A stretch of DNA of 63,993 nt, filler included, from Basidioascus undulatus (taxonomy: Eukaryota): NCBI GenBank assembly GCA_000826855.1. It is 6 parts of 6 records of this genome, joined end to end, with 100 filler letters (N's around TTAATTAATTAA, not from the genome) between each part and the next. Parts side by side here need not be neighbours in the genome. Positions count along the whole stretch, not along the records: positions 1 to 10,736 come from JTLS01001093.1; positions 10,837 to 21,565 come from JTLS01001094.1; 4 more parts are not named here. The stretch is one strand, 5' to 3'. Of this stretch, positions 1 to 12,467 are shown one piece after another. Every line of letters starts with the position of its first letter. Position 1 is the first letter of the stretch. The notes beneath the pieces are model-generated. The model was not told the DNA's origin and did not search any database. It was given only the letters and a program-made list of their open reading frames with translations. Both the position numbers and the translations under genes were made by a program.

Positions 1-280
1 AGCACAGCGCACGGCTCCTCTCTCCCTCCCTTCCCCGTCCCCCGCGGCTAGCACCGCGCTCGCCATCCCCGCGCGGGCCTCTAGGCGGCTGCGGCTGCTG
101 CGATTTCTCAGCGCCGGCGTCCCGTCGACCGCGCCTGTTGCGATTGCGTCCTCCTCCTCCACGAGAAGAGGAGGTCGCGTTGCCGTTGTTGTTGGAATTG
201 GCAGCGTTCACGCCATCGTGTATCGCTGCGCGCGGTGCTCGTGGTGGATCTGGCGCGTCTGGTGGCGGGTCGTTGGGCAT
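1..280 (-). CDS. N-terminus of an unidentified protein with an Arg/Gly-rich low-complexity start; runs off the window edge
   Basis: Open frame from ATG at 280 (MPNDPPPDAPDPPRAPRAAIHDG...SSSRGGGGRNRNRRGRR...RGGRGR), divergent from the PRTase gene. Confidence 0.5.
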   Translation of the reverse strand, partial: MPNDPPPDAPDPPRAPRAAIHDGVNAANSNNNGNATSSSRGGGGRNRNRRGRRDAGAEKSQQPQPPRGPRGDGERGASRGGRGREGERSRALC

Positions 281-631
281 TCGAGGATCCGTGTGCTTGT
301 GAGTCTTCGAAAAATCTATCGTCGTTATTATATAGGTGAAAGGTTAAGAGGCGAACGAGTCACCGGTTGCGGTATCTGGGCAAGCTGCGATTCAGGCTGC
401 CGAGCTTTCTCGACCTCTTCTGCCTTCCGCCTTCCACCCGCCCGTCCCCCCGGCGTCCGCCCGCCCGTCCGTCCTTCCCCTCTCCTCTTGGCAACCCTTT
501 ACTATGGAATAGGTAGACCACGGCGAGTAGCGTGGCTTCTCGCCCTGGTTCTCCACAAAATCTCTGTTCGCGTGCTTGCACTTGCATCCTCCACCTCATC
601 GCACCCTTCATCTCGAAATAAGCTTTTAAAA

Positions 632-2326
632 ATGGCCGAGCCGTACAAGCTGCGCGTTACCTGTGCGTATCTTCCTCCTTTGCCTTCGAGAAGACTGCGA
701 AGCTCACGCTGGAGGAACGCAGACAACGATGTGCATCAGGTCCGGTGCTTCCTCATCAGCTCCCTGCCACAAACACGGGCAGCTGCTGAGATGGAGGAGG
801 GATGTGTGTGCAGATGATCGGAAAGACCGCACAGAAGATCCGGGAGGAGTTCAACCCGGACATCATGGTCGCAATCGGAGGCGGGTGAGCGAGCGAGGCG
901 TCTTCCTTTCCCTTCGCCATCTCTCCCTCATCTCACACAAACACCCTCGTCATCTCTTTCTACCACCCCAATAAACAGCGGCTTCTTCCCCGCCCGTGTC
1001 CTCGTACGCCCCCCTCACGCCTTGCCTTCCCGCCCCGAACCGGGCCCTGAACCTGTTCGACCCGCAGCGCACTTTCCTCAAGACCCCCGGGCACAAGAAC
1101 AGTACCTCACCTCTTGTCTTCGAGCTCGGTTCAGCCATGAAACCCTCTGACGTTTCTGTGATGCAAAAGTCCCCATCCAGGCGATCGGTCTGTCCCTGTA
1201 TGAGGAGCTGCCGGAAACGACTGTCGAGCAGGTGCGTCTTCTCTTTCCGATCCTCCATCTTCTCCCCTTCACCCCGCTTCCTCTCCCCCTCCCACCTACC
1301 TCTCACTATCCCTTTTACCCCCACCCACTTTCTCTCTCCCGGACTCTTCTTCGCTCCCCCTTCCTCTCCCTCCTCGATCTCACCCACCCACTCAAAACCC
1401 CCATCCCTTCCTCACCCCACCCAGATCGGCCAAGAAGTCATACGCACCCAATGGCTCGACTTTTCCACCCTGGGCGAGAAGTCGCTCATCGGCAAGCGCG
1501 TGCTGATCGTTGACGAGGTGGACGACACGCGGTTCGGCCTCCTCATCCCCCTCCTTTCCCCTCCTGCCCGACTCACGCTCCTCGCCCCTACAGGAAAACC
1601 CTCAGGTACCCCTTCTTCCCTTCTCCTTCCCTCCATCCCTTCCTCGTTCTCTCTCTTCCCCTTCTCCCGCCCTCTTTTCCTCCCCTCTCCGCTCCCCGTC
1701 CTTCCCTCTCGCTCTCCGACCTCAGCTCTGACAATCCGCTCGGAAACACAACAGCTACGCAGTCCGCGAACTCCAAAAAGACGTAGCGGCGCAGGCTGAG
1801 CACGCGCCGGCTGGCACGCCACCTACCGAGTTCGCGATCTTTGTAGGTGCGTCTTCTCTTTCCTCCTTAACCTTACCCTTCGCCTTCGCCTTCGCCTTCG
1901 CCTTCGCCTTCTCCGTCTCTCCCCCCCGGACTGATAAAGTGCGGGTTGGGGCGTGAAACTAGTGCACAATAAGCTCAAGCCCAAGCTCGGCGAGATCCCG
2001 TCCAACGTGGCGTACTACCCGGGCGACGAGATCGAGGATGTGTGGGTGGACTACCCTTGTGCGCCATTCGTCTTTGCTCTTCCACTCCATCTCCTATCCA
2101 CCCAACCGCATTCTTTCTGCGGGACGCGGGCACTGACTCATTGGGCGTGGGCAGGGGAACAAACGTGCGCTTCTGTTATTTTTTGGTTCGGAGAAACACA
2201 GCAGGAGCGATGAGGCTAATGAACGAAACTGAATGCTCGATTTACAGGGACATCGTCGAGCACACCCGCCGCGCAGAGGAGGACCGGCAGAAGGCCGCGG
2301 AGGTCACGCACTCGCAGTCCTCCTAA
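632..2326 (+). CDS. HPT1: Fungal hypoxanthine/xanthine-guanine phosphoribosyltransferase (HPT1/XPT1 family), about 12 exons
   Basis: Spliced product MAEPYKLRVTYNDVHQMIGKTAQKIREEFNPDIMVAIGGGGFFPARVLRTFLK...IPIQAIGLSLYE...KRVLIVDEVDDTRKTLSYAV...VHNKLKPKLG...WVDYPWEQTDIVEH; PRPP-binding motif VLIVDEVDDTR; GT-AG introns. Confidence 0.92.
1878..1910 (+). repeat. (CTTCGC)n microsatellite in a PRTase intron
   Basis: About five tandem CTTCGC units. Confidence 0.85.
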
Positions 2327-2803
2327 ACCCTTTCCCCCTGGCCTTTCCGTACGCCCCCGTCCCCCCCCCCACCCTCTCCTCATGCGCTCACCTCTCCCCC
2401 ACTCACAGCGTAGATATTCTTCGCCTCTCTTCTCTCTTCCTTCTCGCTTCTCGCATTCGCGTCTCCTTTCATACAGTACAAATCCCCCTTTTCCATGATG
2501 TCTTCTTGTTTGTGGGGTTTCTTATACATTGGGGGAGGGGAATGGGGATGTGGTGCATCATATAGACGAGCTGCGCTCAGCGAACTGTCACTGGATTGAT
2601 GTGTGTATTCAGGGTTATGAACTGCATTTCCACACTTTTGCGGAAAATTTGACGCGATGAGTGTGTGATTTTGCGGCGGCAGGCGCCAATCAACGAGCCA
2701 AAGGTCGGGACGACGACGGGACTGCCAGACATAAACCTATTCCTCAAGAAAACACTAGTGCATTCACGACAATGTGTGGACTTGGCATGATCCAGCTAAG
2801 CCA

Positions 2804-4280
2804 CTAACACCCAGCCAACCGGCAGTTGGGGAAGTGGGCTTTGATCGCATCCACGAGACGTTGCAGTACGCCGTCGGTGCTGTATGGGTTGCTGGGGTCG
2901 ATAGCGCCTTGGTTTGAGCAGGGTCTTCCAGCTTCCGGTTCGGTGTCAGGTCAGTGCTTTCACCCCTGAACAACAAATAAAAACAACGCACCTCCATGGA
3001 CGGCCCGGTTTCCCAGCGCCATAGCTCCAGAAAGCACCTCCAGCGGCGGCAACGTGCCAAAGCGCTTGCTGCAAGCGACCGTGAGACTGCCACACTCAAG
3101 GGCAAGGCATCAGGGCGAAGGACGTTGAGCTGGTTTACTGTACAAGCCACTCTGACGCACCGGATCTGGCTGTCAGACAGCCCGCTTTGCGGCCGGGCTG
3201 CCCTCCACTCCCCCGCGAACCAGGGCAAGTGCGAGCTGGCGACCTTCTCTGCGAGGTTGAGCATGTCGGTGTTGAAAGTTTCGTCGCTTACGTCCGCATC
3301 TCGATACTCCCAGTAGCTGGTATAAGTACTCAATAAGTCTGAGTGGCCCAAAGCGACAAGGAAGTAATGTAACGAGGACGGTGTGGACGTCGAGCACCAC
3401 ATTCTCGCTATTTGTGAACTTGTCCTTCCAGCCACTGGCACCGAGCCAGCCGTGGGAGACGATGAGAGTGACGTTGGCGGCGGCGACGATCGAATCTGTC
3501 ATATCCGGTTCAACCACCTGCGCCTAAAATTCAAGTACGGCGGAAGCTCTCACATGCGGTTTCAGCGACTGCACAGATCTTTCGAACCATGAGTACCATT
3601 GGAGCAGCCACGATGCCGCCCTCGACTCACAGTCATACATCACAGTCCTGTGCTCGGTTCCACTGAAGAATTCCACCTTTTAGATTTTCATAGGATATGG
3701 TAATTTTTCAGTCATGGACGTAGGGGTTCATCTCGTTTCCTGCTTCGATCCCGGCGACGCACTTTTGCACGTCGGCCGGGAGCTCCTTGACGAAGTCTGC
3801 AACTGCTTGGACCGTCGCAATCGTCCTATCATAGAACTCCTCAGAATTGGTGAAGAATCCCTGGACGTGGTCGCCGTGTCCACTGGATGTGTCACAGCGT
3901 GCGGTTAGCTTGTTAAACTGGTCCGGCGGAAACAGGTCAAAAAGAACGCAGGACGGACGAGTTTGCTTGCTGAAAAAAAAGAAGCTATGGGGTCAAGTAC
4001 GTCACCTATGTTGACCAGCTATTTCTTACTCCATTTTGGCTACCAGGCTGGAGGCGAGAGAAGGTTTTCTGAGAAGCGGGTGAGGGAAGTGGACGTGCTC
4101 ACGAGGCCGTGGATGTCTAGAATGACATGAATTCGGTGATCTGCGTTTCACTATACATCAGTGTCCTGTTGCATGGTTGGGACCGTGGCGTCCTGTGAGT
4201 CGAGCGGCTACCGGGGCGGCCAAGGTCGCGACAGCCATTAGCGAAAGAGGGAAGAGAACTATGGTGAAGTTTGAAACCAT
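2804..4280 (-). pseudogene. GH5 exo-beta-1,3-glucanase-like gene, apparently pseudogenised (premature stop and internal deletion)
   Basis: Signal-peptide-like start MVSNFTIVLFPLSLMAVATLAAP; KK*LVNIG; NSG; acid/base motif GIEAGNEMNP; VVLDVH; nucleophile motif WFAGEW. The segment normally between VNIG and NSG is absent. Confidence 0.72.
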
Positions 4281-5397
4281 CGGAGCCTGCCGGTCGTTGC
4301 GGCCGCGTGACATGTACAGCTGAGGGGGAGAGAGCGAAAGACAGGTCGGCGCGACGAGGCACGAACAGGCTGAGAGAGTGTGAACCGGGATTGAGGAGAC
4401 TGGTTGTACTGACGGGTCAAGATACAAACGATAGGAAGTTCTGCAGGGGCAACGGGGTGTAGCTTCTCCGCCGTTTGGGCGCAAAGAAGAGAGGGAGTAC
4501 GGGCACCGTACGTGTTCCTGTGCCAGGAGGGACGTGCAACGTTCCACACACATACACACATATAATGGTTCACATTGTGCTTGGGAGAAGAGCAGGTTCA
4601 ATGACACTTCCCCGGCAACTGCAATACAACTGCAACGGCTGCTCCCCAAGTCCTGATTGACGGCCTCCGATGGCCGGCCAGCCAGTAACGCTCTATTCAC
4701 GTCCTGTATCTCCAAAGTCGTGCATCCTTCCTTGGGAATTCATTGATTCAAGAGGGATATCTGCGGCGCAGTCCGTGCCACCGAAAGCGCGGCCAACACA
4801 CCAACCCCGACCGGTCGTCGTACGGAGCTGCAGCTTGGACCTGAACGCCACACCAGATTATTCCCGTTTAAAGCCCTCTGTACCAAAATAGTTCTCGAAT
4901 ACTACTGGAATCTCACATCGTGCATTCATTCAATGCCGCAACGGCTGTGTGGAGCTGTTACCGAAAGCCATGTTGTCTTGACTGGCATTCCTCTTGCAAG
5001 TGTTGTCGCCGCTGTTAACGTTTCCTGTAGCAAACATCATTCGACCACTTTGCATAACCATTATTGTAGAATGTAAATCTCGGTCAAAATTTTTGGTCCG
5101 GGTGCCTGTGGCGTCCCACTCCGGAGACACTCCCGTTCGATTCCCCGTAGGTTCCTCCCGTCGACTGACGTTGTGGCAGGCGACAAATGAACTGCTGTCT
5201 AAAATTTTTGGATACCTAAGGCATCCAAATGCTTCAGAGCTCAGCGTAAAGTGGTATGGTTCTCTCGAGACCAGCAGTACGTTTGCGAGCAACTCGCGGA
5301 ATGAGGATTAGAATTGGGAGTGGTCTACATGTAAACCATGTTAAGGGTATACTGCGTGCGATACAGAAACAGAAAAGAAATGAAAGATGGACGTCGT

Positions 5398-7652
5398 TTA
5401 CGCGTGTGAACTGCTGTGATACCCAATCTCCGATTTGCCCGTCGGAGGCAGAGCCTTGCAAGGTGGAGCAGCAGACGGCGGTGCAGGAGCTGGAGCAGGG
5501 CCGCCGGGTGGGTACAGCATGTAGAAGAGGAGTATGGATGTCTGCAAAGCGGGCAGGGTGGGCATTGTGCGTCAGCCGGAGGGGCGCCCGCTTTTGCGCA
5601 GGAAGGTGTGGACGGGAGGGCATCATGGTTGTGTTTGGGTCTGGCGCATGAACCAGCAGACACTCACGCAGGCTGAGACGATGCCGAGGCAGATGAAGTA
5701 CCCCGCCACGTCCGCGTAGATGCCTGTTCACATGTACGTGAGCGGAAGCGGGCGAGACGGGAAGAGACACTAGGCAAGCCAACGCACCGAATGCGGGTGC
5801 GCCAGGCATGGCTGCGCGAATGCTGGGCATCGAGAACAGCGCCGAGACGGCGATGACGAACGTGTCGGATGTGAGGCGGCGGCGGAACACAGCGGCGAGG
5901 AGAGTGGCGTTGAGAATTAGAAGCGTCAGCGACCCTGCGGAGGAGCAGGTGTTAGGTAAATTGCACAACAAGCATGGGAAAGCGTGGGCGGAGGCCGGAT
6001 GACGAACAGTTCGTTAGGAAGATGACTGTTGAGAAAGCGCGGATAGGCGTCGAGCGTTTGATCTGTCCCATCCCCAAGGTCAGCACGGTGCGCAAAAAAT
6101 GCAACGCAAGGACAGCGCACTGTGATCCTGAGCGTCTGCCGCACGTCCGTATTGAGAGTAGGGTAGCTATCCAGCCCCTCACCACCGTGAGCGAATAAGT
6201 CGGCGATGAGAAAAACAAGAAGAACGCACTCGACACTTGAGACATCCCAGTTGGGATAACTGCCGACAATCTGGAGGAATGCGAAGGGGATGAAATTGCC
6301 GTGTCCGCGGGTTGTGTCGTTGGTGTCCGGGTTCCCTATCCGGCTCATCGCTGGTTAATGCACAGAACTTTCAGACACGAAACGGGACAATACGCACAGG
6401 CGAGGAAGATCGAGAACGCATGGTACCTGTACTCGGCCCCCCCGCTTCATCAATAACAACACCTCCACGAACCGCGAAGAACACTGCGCACTCGTCAAAG
6501 GGGAATGCGCGCTGGTCCGCCGTCCAGTCGTCCCTCGACTCGACGCAGTGGAACGGACTGACAGTTTCGAACTGCGGGGCGTAGGTCAGGTGGCTGGGCG
6601 TCAGTTAACAGAGCACCATCACCATCATCAGCGCTTGCGCATGGGGGGAGAGAGAAAATGTGTTCCACGCACAGCTGCCCCGTTCTCGGATCCTCCGACC
6701 AGATCATGTCCTTCTCGCCATACCACCCCGCCCGGGCCTCCTCGACGTGAGCACGGAAGTCGTCGTCGTCGAACCGTCCGATGGTAGCGTTCCTGTTCCA
6801 CCCCATCCCCCTCCTAGTTCAGCCACCGAAAGGTTTTTATAAACAAATATAGCGTCGGCACTCACTCGTTCACAAATACCGCGACGTTCTTCTTGAGCCC
6901 CCCGCAGCGCTTCTGGCCCTCGACGAAGTCGTCCGTGTACTCCTTCCCGCACCCGACGAAGGTCCACCGCACACTGTCCGTCCCAATTCAACCTCAGCAC
7001 CTTTCTTTCCTCGCTCGCTCCCAGCCCACACGCACCTGATTGACTTGGACTCGCTATTAACGTCCACGACCGAACCCCAGAGCCCAACGCCCGCGCGCCC
7101 CAGGGACCCGGCGTCCGCACTCGGGTGCGAGCGCATCCCCGCGCGGTAGCTGAGCACGGCGCCGACGATAGAGCCGACGAGAGCGACGGCGAGGAACGTG
7201 ACGAGGACGGGGACAAAGTAGGGTCGGTCCCGGAGGGGGACGCTGCTCGGGTCTCCTCCACTGCTTCTACCGGGCTTGCCGGGCTTGGTGCCGCTCCCGA
7301 TCGCGGTGCGGGAGTGGTTGCTGCGCTCCGGATCGCCGAAGAAGTACGGGCGCCAGTGCCGGTGGTGCGTCTCCTGCTGCTCCTGCTTCTCGTAGCGCTC
7401 GTCCTTGCCGATGAGCGAGCGCCCGTCGTCGAAATAAGCCGAGTACGGTCGCGAGTAGGACGAGGCGGGGAGGATGAAGTCGTCGTATGGCGAGGGGTCA
7501 TGCGAATGCTGCGAAGAGTCGACGGCGGGCGGCGACGGCAACGGCGCGGGTTCGAAGTTGTCCACGTAGGGGGAGCGCTCGCCGTCGCCTACGAGCGTGG
7601 GCGTGCTGCTCACGCTGTGCGGGGAGCGCAGGGGGATGTAGGGCGACGACAT
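5398..7652 (-). CDS. DUF4436-like multi-pass membrane protein, multi-exon
   Basis: N-terminal TM (FVPVLVTFLAVALVGSIVGAVL), then IKRSTPIRAFSTVIFLTN and C-terminal ALFSMPSIRAAMPGAPAFG...DVAGYFICLGIVSA, resembling the DUF4436 LFAxPxxRxxxPGAPxxG signature; last exon ends at TAA (5398-5400). Confidence 0.65.
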
Positions 7653-8016
7653 GCCGGGGTGGTGAGCCGGTATACCGATGAGTCCGAGGCGAGCGAGCGA
7701 GTGAGTGAGCACGCGAGGTGAAAGGATGGGAGTGAGCCAAGATCCGCGAGTGAGCAGAAATAGCCGCCGTTCGGTCCAGCTGCAGCGCAAACATCTCTAG
7801 CACGAGGGTGAACGGGCGGTCAGCGTGGCGAGGAGCGAAGCGTGTCTCAGGGGCAGGTCAGTCCGTTCCACCCCGCACAAAGAGAGCCACAACAGCGCCC
7901 GGCCCACGAAGCACTCAGTCGGAAGCCCAAGGTCAATTGGCATGCGCGGGTAATAATCGAGCGAAGAGTAATCAAGCGAAAAGAAGTACAAGCGAACTCG
8001 GCGCCGTCGCGCTCAT

Positions 8017-10736
8017 TCAGGCGGGACGCATCCTACGGAGCGGAGGTAAACGACACGTTCTCTGTAGCAGTCGACGAGGAAGCGACACTCACGGACTCAG
8101 CCACTTCTCAGCCTTCTCGAAAGCCGCTGCGAGCTTCGGTTCGATCGCCTTGTCCGCGCTGAGCGTACGGACAGCCACCAGCGCCTGGGAATCGTCGCTC
8201 GTTATCAGTGGCCGATCTCAAAAATAGCAGCCGAGAGGCGAGAGGCGGGGAAGATGGGATGAAGAAGGAAGGACGGGCGAGAGGCGAGGCAAGGAGATAG
8301 GATGCAGAACGCAGGAGGCGAAAGATGTGGGATGTGGGCGATCGACTCACCGCGTCCCAGAACCTGAATCCCCGCATCAGATCCGCGTGCGTGTCCTTGA
8401 CGCTCGTAAAGTGGTCGCTGAGCGTCTCCTGCGCGTCGCGCTTGGCCTCGAGCACGCTCTCCTTGTCTTTGTCCGCCTCCGTCACCGTGCCCTCCGCGAA
8501 CGTGACGAGCGCGTCGAGGTAGACCTGCGAACATCCCACCCGTCGGCCCACTCAGCAAGCGTGTTCGGTCAGCGGAAGGATGCCAGGGAAGGACAGACAG
8601 ACCTTGAAGAAGATCCCGAACCCCGAGTTCACATCGTTCTGGAACGGCAAGCTCAACGCGATATCAAGGTAGTCCTCGCGCAGACGCTTCGCGTCGCCAC
8701 GGAGGAGCATGCTCGCGGCGGCGGCCTCCGCGAGCGTGCGCACGGAGCGCGCCATGCCCTTCACGAATGAGTTGAAGACGAGGAGCTCGCGCGAGAGCGG
8801 GCCGGACCATTGCTCGGACTGCCCGGCGCGCGGCGGGGAGGGGGATGAGAATGTGAGGGGCTGAAGGATGGGGGATGGGGGAGACGGACCTTGAACACGA
8901 GGGGAACGACGCTGAGCGTCCGGATGATCAGGAGCATGCTCCGCTTCTCGTCCTCTGTTCCCTCGCACACACCACCATCCATCCGTCCATCCATCAGCTT
9001 TCTCCTTCTCTTCTCCCTCTTCGTACGGGCGGGGCACTCACCCGTCCCAAAGCTCGGCCCGCCACTGTAGGCCTTTCCGCCAAACAGGTCCGCATGGAGG
9101 ACCTTGGCGCGGAGGAGCTCGATAAAGATATACAGCGGCTCCTGGAACTTGTCGTTCAGCCTGCTGACGGCGAGCGCGTTGTGCATCGCGCGCGCGTAGG
9201 GCGTGTGCGTGTGCTGCTGCGTGAGGAATCTGTGCGGGGGTCGAGCTCGCCGATCAGTAACTCGGTTTGGTACGGATAAGAGGAAAGCGGGGAAGCGGGG
9301 AAGTCGGAGAGGAGAGGAGACGGGCGGAAGACACGACGCACCCCCGCAGCTCGAGAACCCTCCAAACCGTATTCGCGACAATCTCGTCCTTTTTCTGTAG
9401 CGGGGGGACATCGGGGGAGCGGGGCGTGCGCGTCCGCGCTGCGAGCTTGTCCGACGTCGTCGCTCCGAGGCAGAGCGCAAAATCGATGGTCGATGACTGA
9501 TCCCCACCCGTGCATCAGCTTCCGAATAAAACATGATTAACGAGGGGGCGGTGGAGCGGAGAGATGGTACTGAGGGAGGGAGAGAGGATGGGGATGGGGT
9601 GGAGAAGGAGAACGCACGTTCTGTCTCCGCAGCTCCTCCTCGATCACGGGCGCGTGAACGTTCCAACCCTCGACGGCGCGCTTGACGAGCTCGACCGTCG
9701 CGGGCGCGTTGTGCGCGATCTGCTGCGCGTGCGGGTGGAAGTAGTAGTATGCGTAGACGGGGCGAGATTTCCTGGTATGCAGACCGTAAGCTTTCAGGCC
9801 CCGACAGAGAACGGCACGTGAGCAACCGCGCTCACCAGAACGCGTTCAAGCTCTGCGCAAACAGCGCAACCGCCACATTCCTCGGCGCATTCACGCCCTC
9901 CGTCAGCCCCTCCTTCACAAAAGTCCTATACTCGTTGCTCTCCCCCCCATCAAGCGGTGGGACCTCCTGCACCCCCCCCTGGGCGAGCGCGTTGAGCGCC
10001 CAGGGGCCAACGAGCCCGCGGCAGAGGTGGAAGTACACCTCGTCGGGGAGGCGCGGGCTGAAGACCTCGGCGAGGTCGGAGGGGATGTCGGCTGCGGAGA
10101 GGGCGGGGGCCGGTGGAGGGGGAGGGAGCGCCAGGGGGAGGGGCAGCACGCGGCCTTCTTCGGCGGCGAGAATAAGCGAGAAGCGGAGCAAAGTGGAAGC
10201 GCGCTGGTACGCCTCGGCGTAGTTGGTCGACTCCAGGAGGGGGTGCGGCCGGAAGGATTGGAGGGCGTTCCAGCCGGTTCGGAAGCTGTGGGGGGAGAGG
10301 GGGTTGAGCGTCGGGGGGAAGGGAGGAGGGGGAAAGGAGGTGGAAAGACGCACTGCCGAACAGTCTCGACAACCTGCTTGAACTCAAAGTCCTGACTGGC
10401 GGGGGGGAACGTGCCGCAGCAGTCGATGCCAGCAAGGAGCGCGACGTCGACGAACTGGTCATCGCCGAGCTTGATGTCGGCCAGGAGCGGGCGCTTCGCG
10501 ACCCAGGTGAACGTCCCGGCGCGGAGGTCAAGGGAGGTGATGAGCTTGTCGGTCTGGGGGTACAGCAGCTGCTCCGTCGGGCCGTACACGGCGTGGATGT
10601 ACGACTTAGGGTGGTTCGCGAGGTAGACGAGTTGGGGCCACGACACGTAGGGGGCGACGATGAACTCGACGTGGCGCTGCCTGAACAGCTTATGCACGAG
10701 CCTGAGCAAGTCGGGCGGCCAAACAGCAGGCTTGTC
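8017..10736 (-). CDS. MKT1: MKT1-family XPG/PIN-like post-transcriptional regulator; 5' part cut by contig end
   Basis: VEFIVAPYVSWPQLVYL..HPKSYIHAVYGPTE (XPG-I-like), FSPRLPDEVYFHLCRGL, EVPPLDGGESNEYR, WSGPLSRELLVFNSFVK, LSLPFQNDVNSGFGI, DLMRGFRFWDA. Confidence 0.88.
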
Positions 10737-10836
10737 NNNNNNNNNNNNNNNNNNNNNNNNNNNNNNNNNNNNNNNNNNNNTTAATTAATTAANNNNNNNN
10801 NNNNNNNNNNNNNNNNNNNNNNNNNNNNNNNNNNNN
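10737..10836. other. Artificial contig linker N44-TTAATTAATTAA-N44
   Basis: Exactly 100 bp with a six-frame stop 12-mer; identical to the other four linkers. Confidence 0.98.
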
Positions 10837-11044
10837 CACCAACCCACCTCGCCCTCCCCCATCGACCCCTGGGCAGCATTACGCCCCGCGCGCAGCTCAG
10901 GGGCAAGCACGCTCCCTACGCCTGCGCGCCACTCGGCGAGCTGGTCCGCGATCATGCGCTCAATGGGCAGCGCCGCGAACGCGGGCGGGAGGGCGAAATC
11001 CGTGCAGAGCGAGTGGGCGAGCATGCGCGGGGTGATGTGCGGTT
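10837..11044 (-). CDS. SNF5/SFH1-like repeat fragment (single recognisable exon, runs into contig end)
   Basis: EPHITPRMLAHSLCTDFALPPAFAALPIERMIADQL resembles the SNF5 repeat ITPExFAxxLCxDLxLPxxFxxxIxxxIxxQ; preceded by acceptor AGACAG. Confidence 0.5.
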
Positions 11045-12467
11045 CTGTCTCCGTGACCAATGAGCAGAAGTGCAGAAGGCCGGTGTGCAACTTCGACCTT
11101 TGCATGCTGCATGTTCTGCCCAACAGCCAACAGCAGGCAGGCTCAATTCCATGTCTCGCGTGGAAGTGAGGTGTCAGTAGCTGGGTTCGGTCTGGGGCGG
11201 TGAGGGGGGGATGTCTGCTGCGTATCTTTCCTTCGCAGAGTCCGATAGCTACCGGGACTGGACATGACATGCAGAAATGGGCGCTTCTTATCTACTTGTG
11301 CACGTTGGAAGATTTCTTCACTCTGGCGAGAAGGACAGTCCAGCAGTAGGAGTACGTTTCTTTCCCAAGAGTGAGATCTTCACGCAACGTAAGCCTCCCT
11401 CTTCGCATGCTGTCCATCCATCTCACATGCCTCTTTGGCCTTCAAAACCCCAATGCTGAAGGCTCGACTCTAGAGAAATAACACAAAGCATTACTTACCG
11501 CCCATCAGTGCGAGTGGTGCTGCGTTTGCAAGGCGCTATATGTATACCGATGTAGCGCAGCGAACATCCGACATGCCTGAACGGCGTTCTATACCTTCAC
11601 GTTCTGGCTGCGACCACCTAACCAAGTCAAGGCAGCTTCTCGTAGGTCGGCGTGTTGTCCTTCGATTATCGGCAGTCGGTCATCTCTAGACGCAGGACAA
11701 CGGTTGAGGACGTCGAGCGGCGGTGTCGTGTCCGCCCTCCCGTGTTTCTTGTGCGCACTCTGGGTCTTTAGCCTGAATGGGTCAATGAGCAGTTCCAACA
11801 AACGGGGAAGGTTAGTATTGACAAAGTCTGAATGGGGCTAGAATGTTTCAGGTGGTCCGCGCTTTCAGGTCGGCTGCGGAGCTTGTTACCTTTCCATGTC
11901 GAGAGCACGCACCGTCCACACTTCTGTATTCAAGGCAGTTCCGGTACGCCTCCAAGTTTCACCCGAAAGATGTGGCCCGGCGTTTGCCACCAGGCACGCT
12001 GCTACAGGGCCTGCAAGATCGTCAGTCATGCAGGTCGCAGCAGCGGCTCAGATTCAGCCCTTCTTTCCACATCTGACGGGTCACGTCCCTGTTATACGGG
12101 AGAGGTTTTGGTACAGGTATAGCATTTATAACAGCATTATGTTCCGCAGCTCAGCAAGGGATCTCCGCATGCAAGCGAAGCGGTATACGAGCAGCCTTCT
12201 TGTGAGCGCTACCACCCTGTCTTCACAGCTAGCGAATGTCCATAAAGCGACTGAACTGGATGTACGAGAGGATTTCATTTACTTTATTGCCCTTTGGAGG
12301 AAACGGATTTGACAGGCCTTTGAGAATGCCTAGATTGGCGTCGCCTCCCGGTGGGTTCAGACCCAGTTGCAGAGCCGCCTGCATGCCTGCTGAGGCTGGG
12401 CCCGTCGGGCAGTGACCGTCAACGCCTTACCTGCTCTCCCACTTACCGCTCTCTGTTAATCATTCTA

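Noticed and set aside
10781..10792. TTAATTAATTAA palindrome as a biological repeat or piggyBac TTAA site
   Set aside because: It is embedded in N runs and identical at all five gaps: a synthetic six-frame stop spacer.
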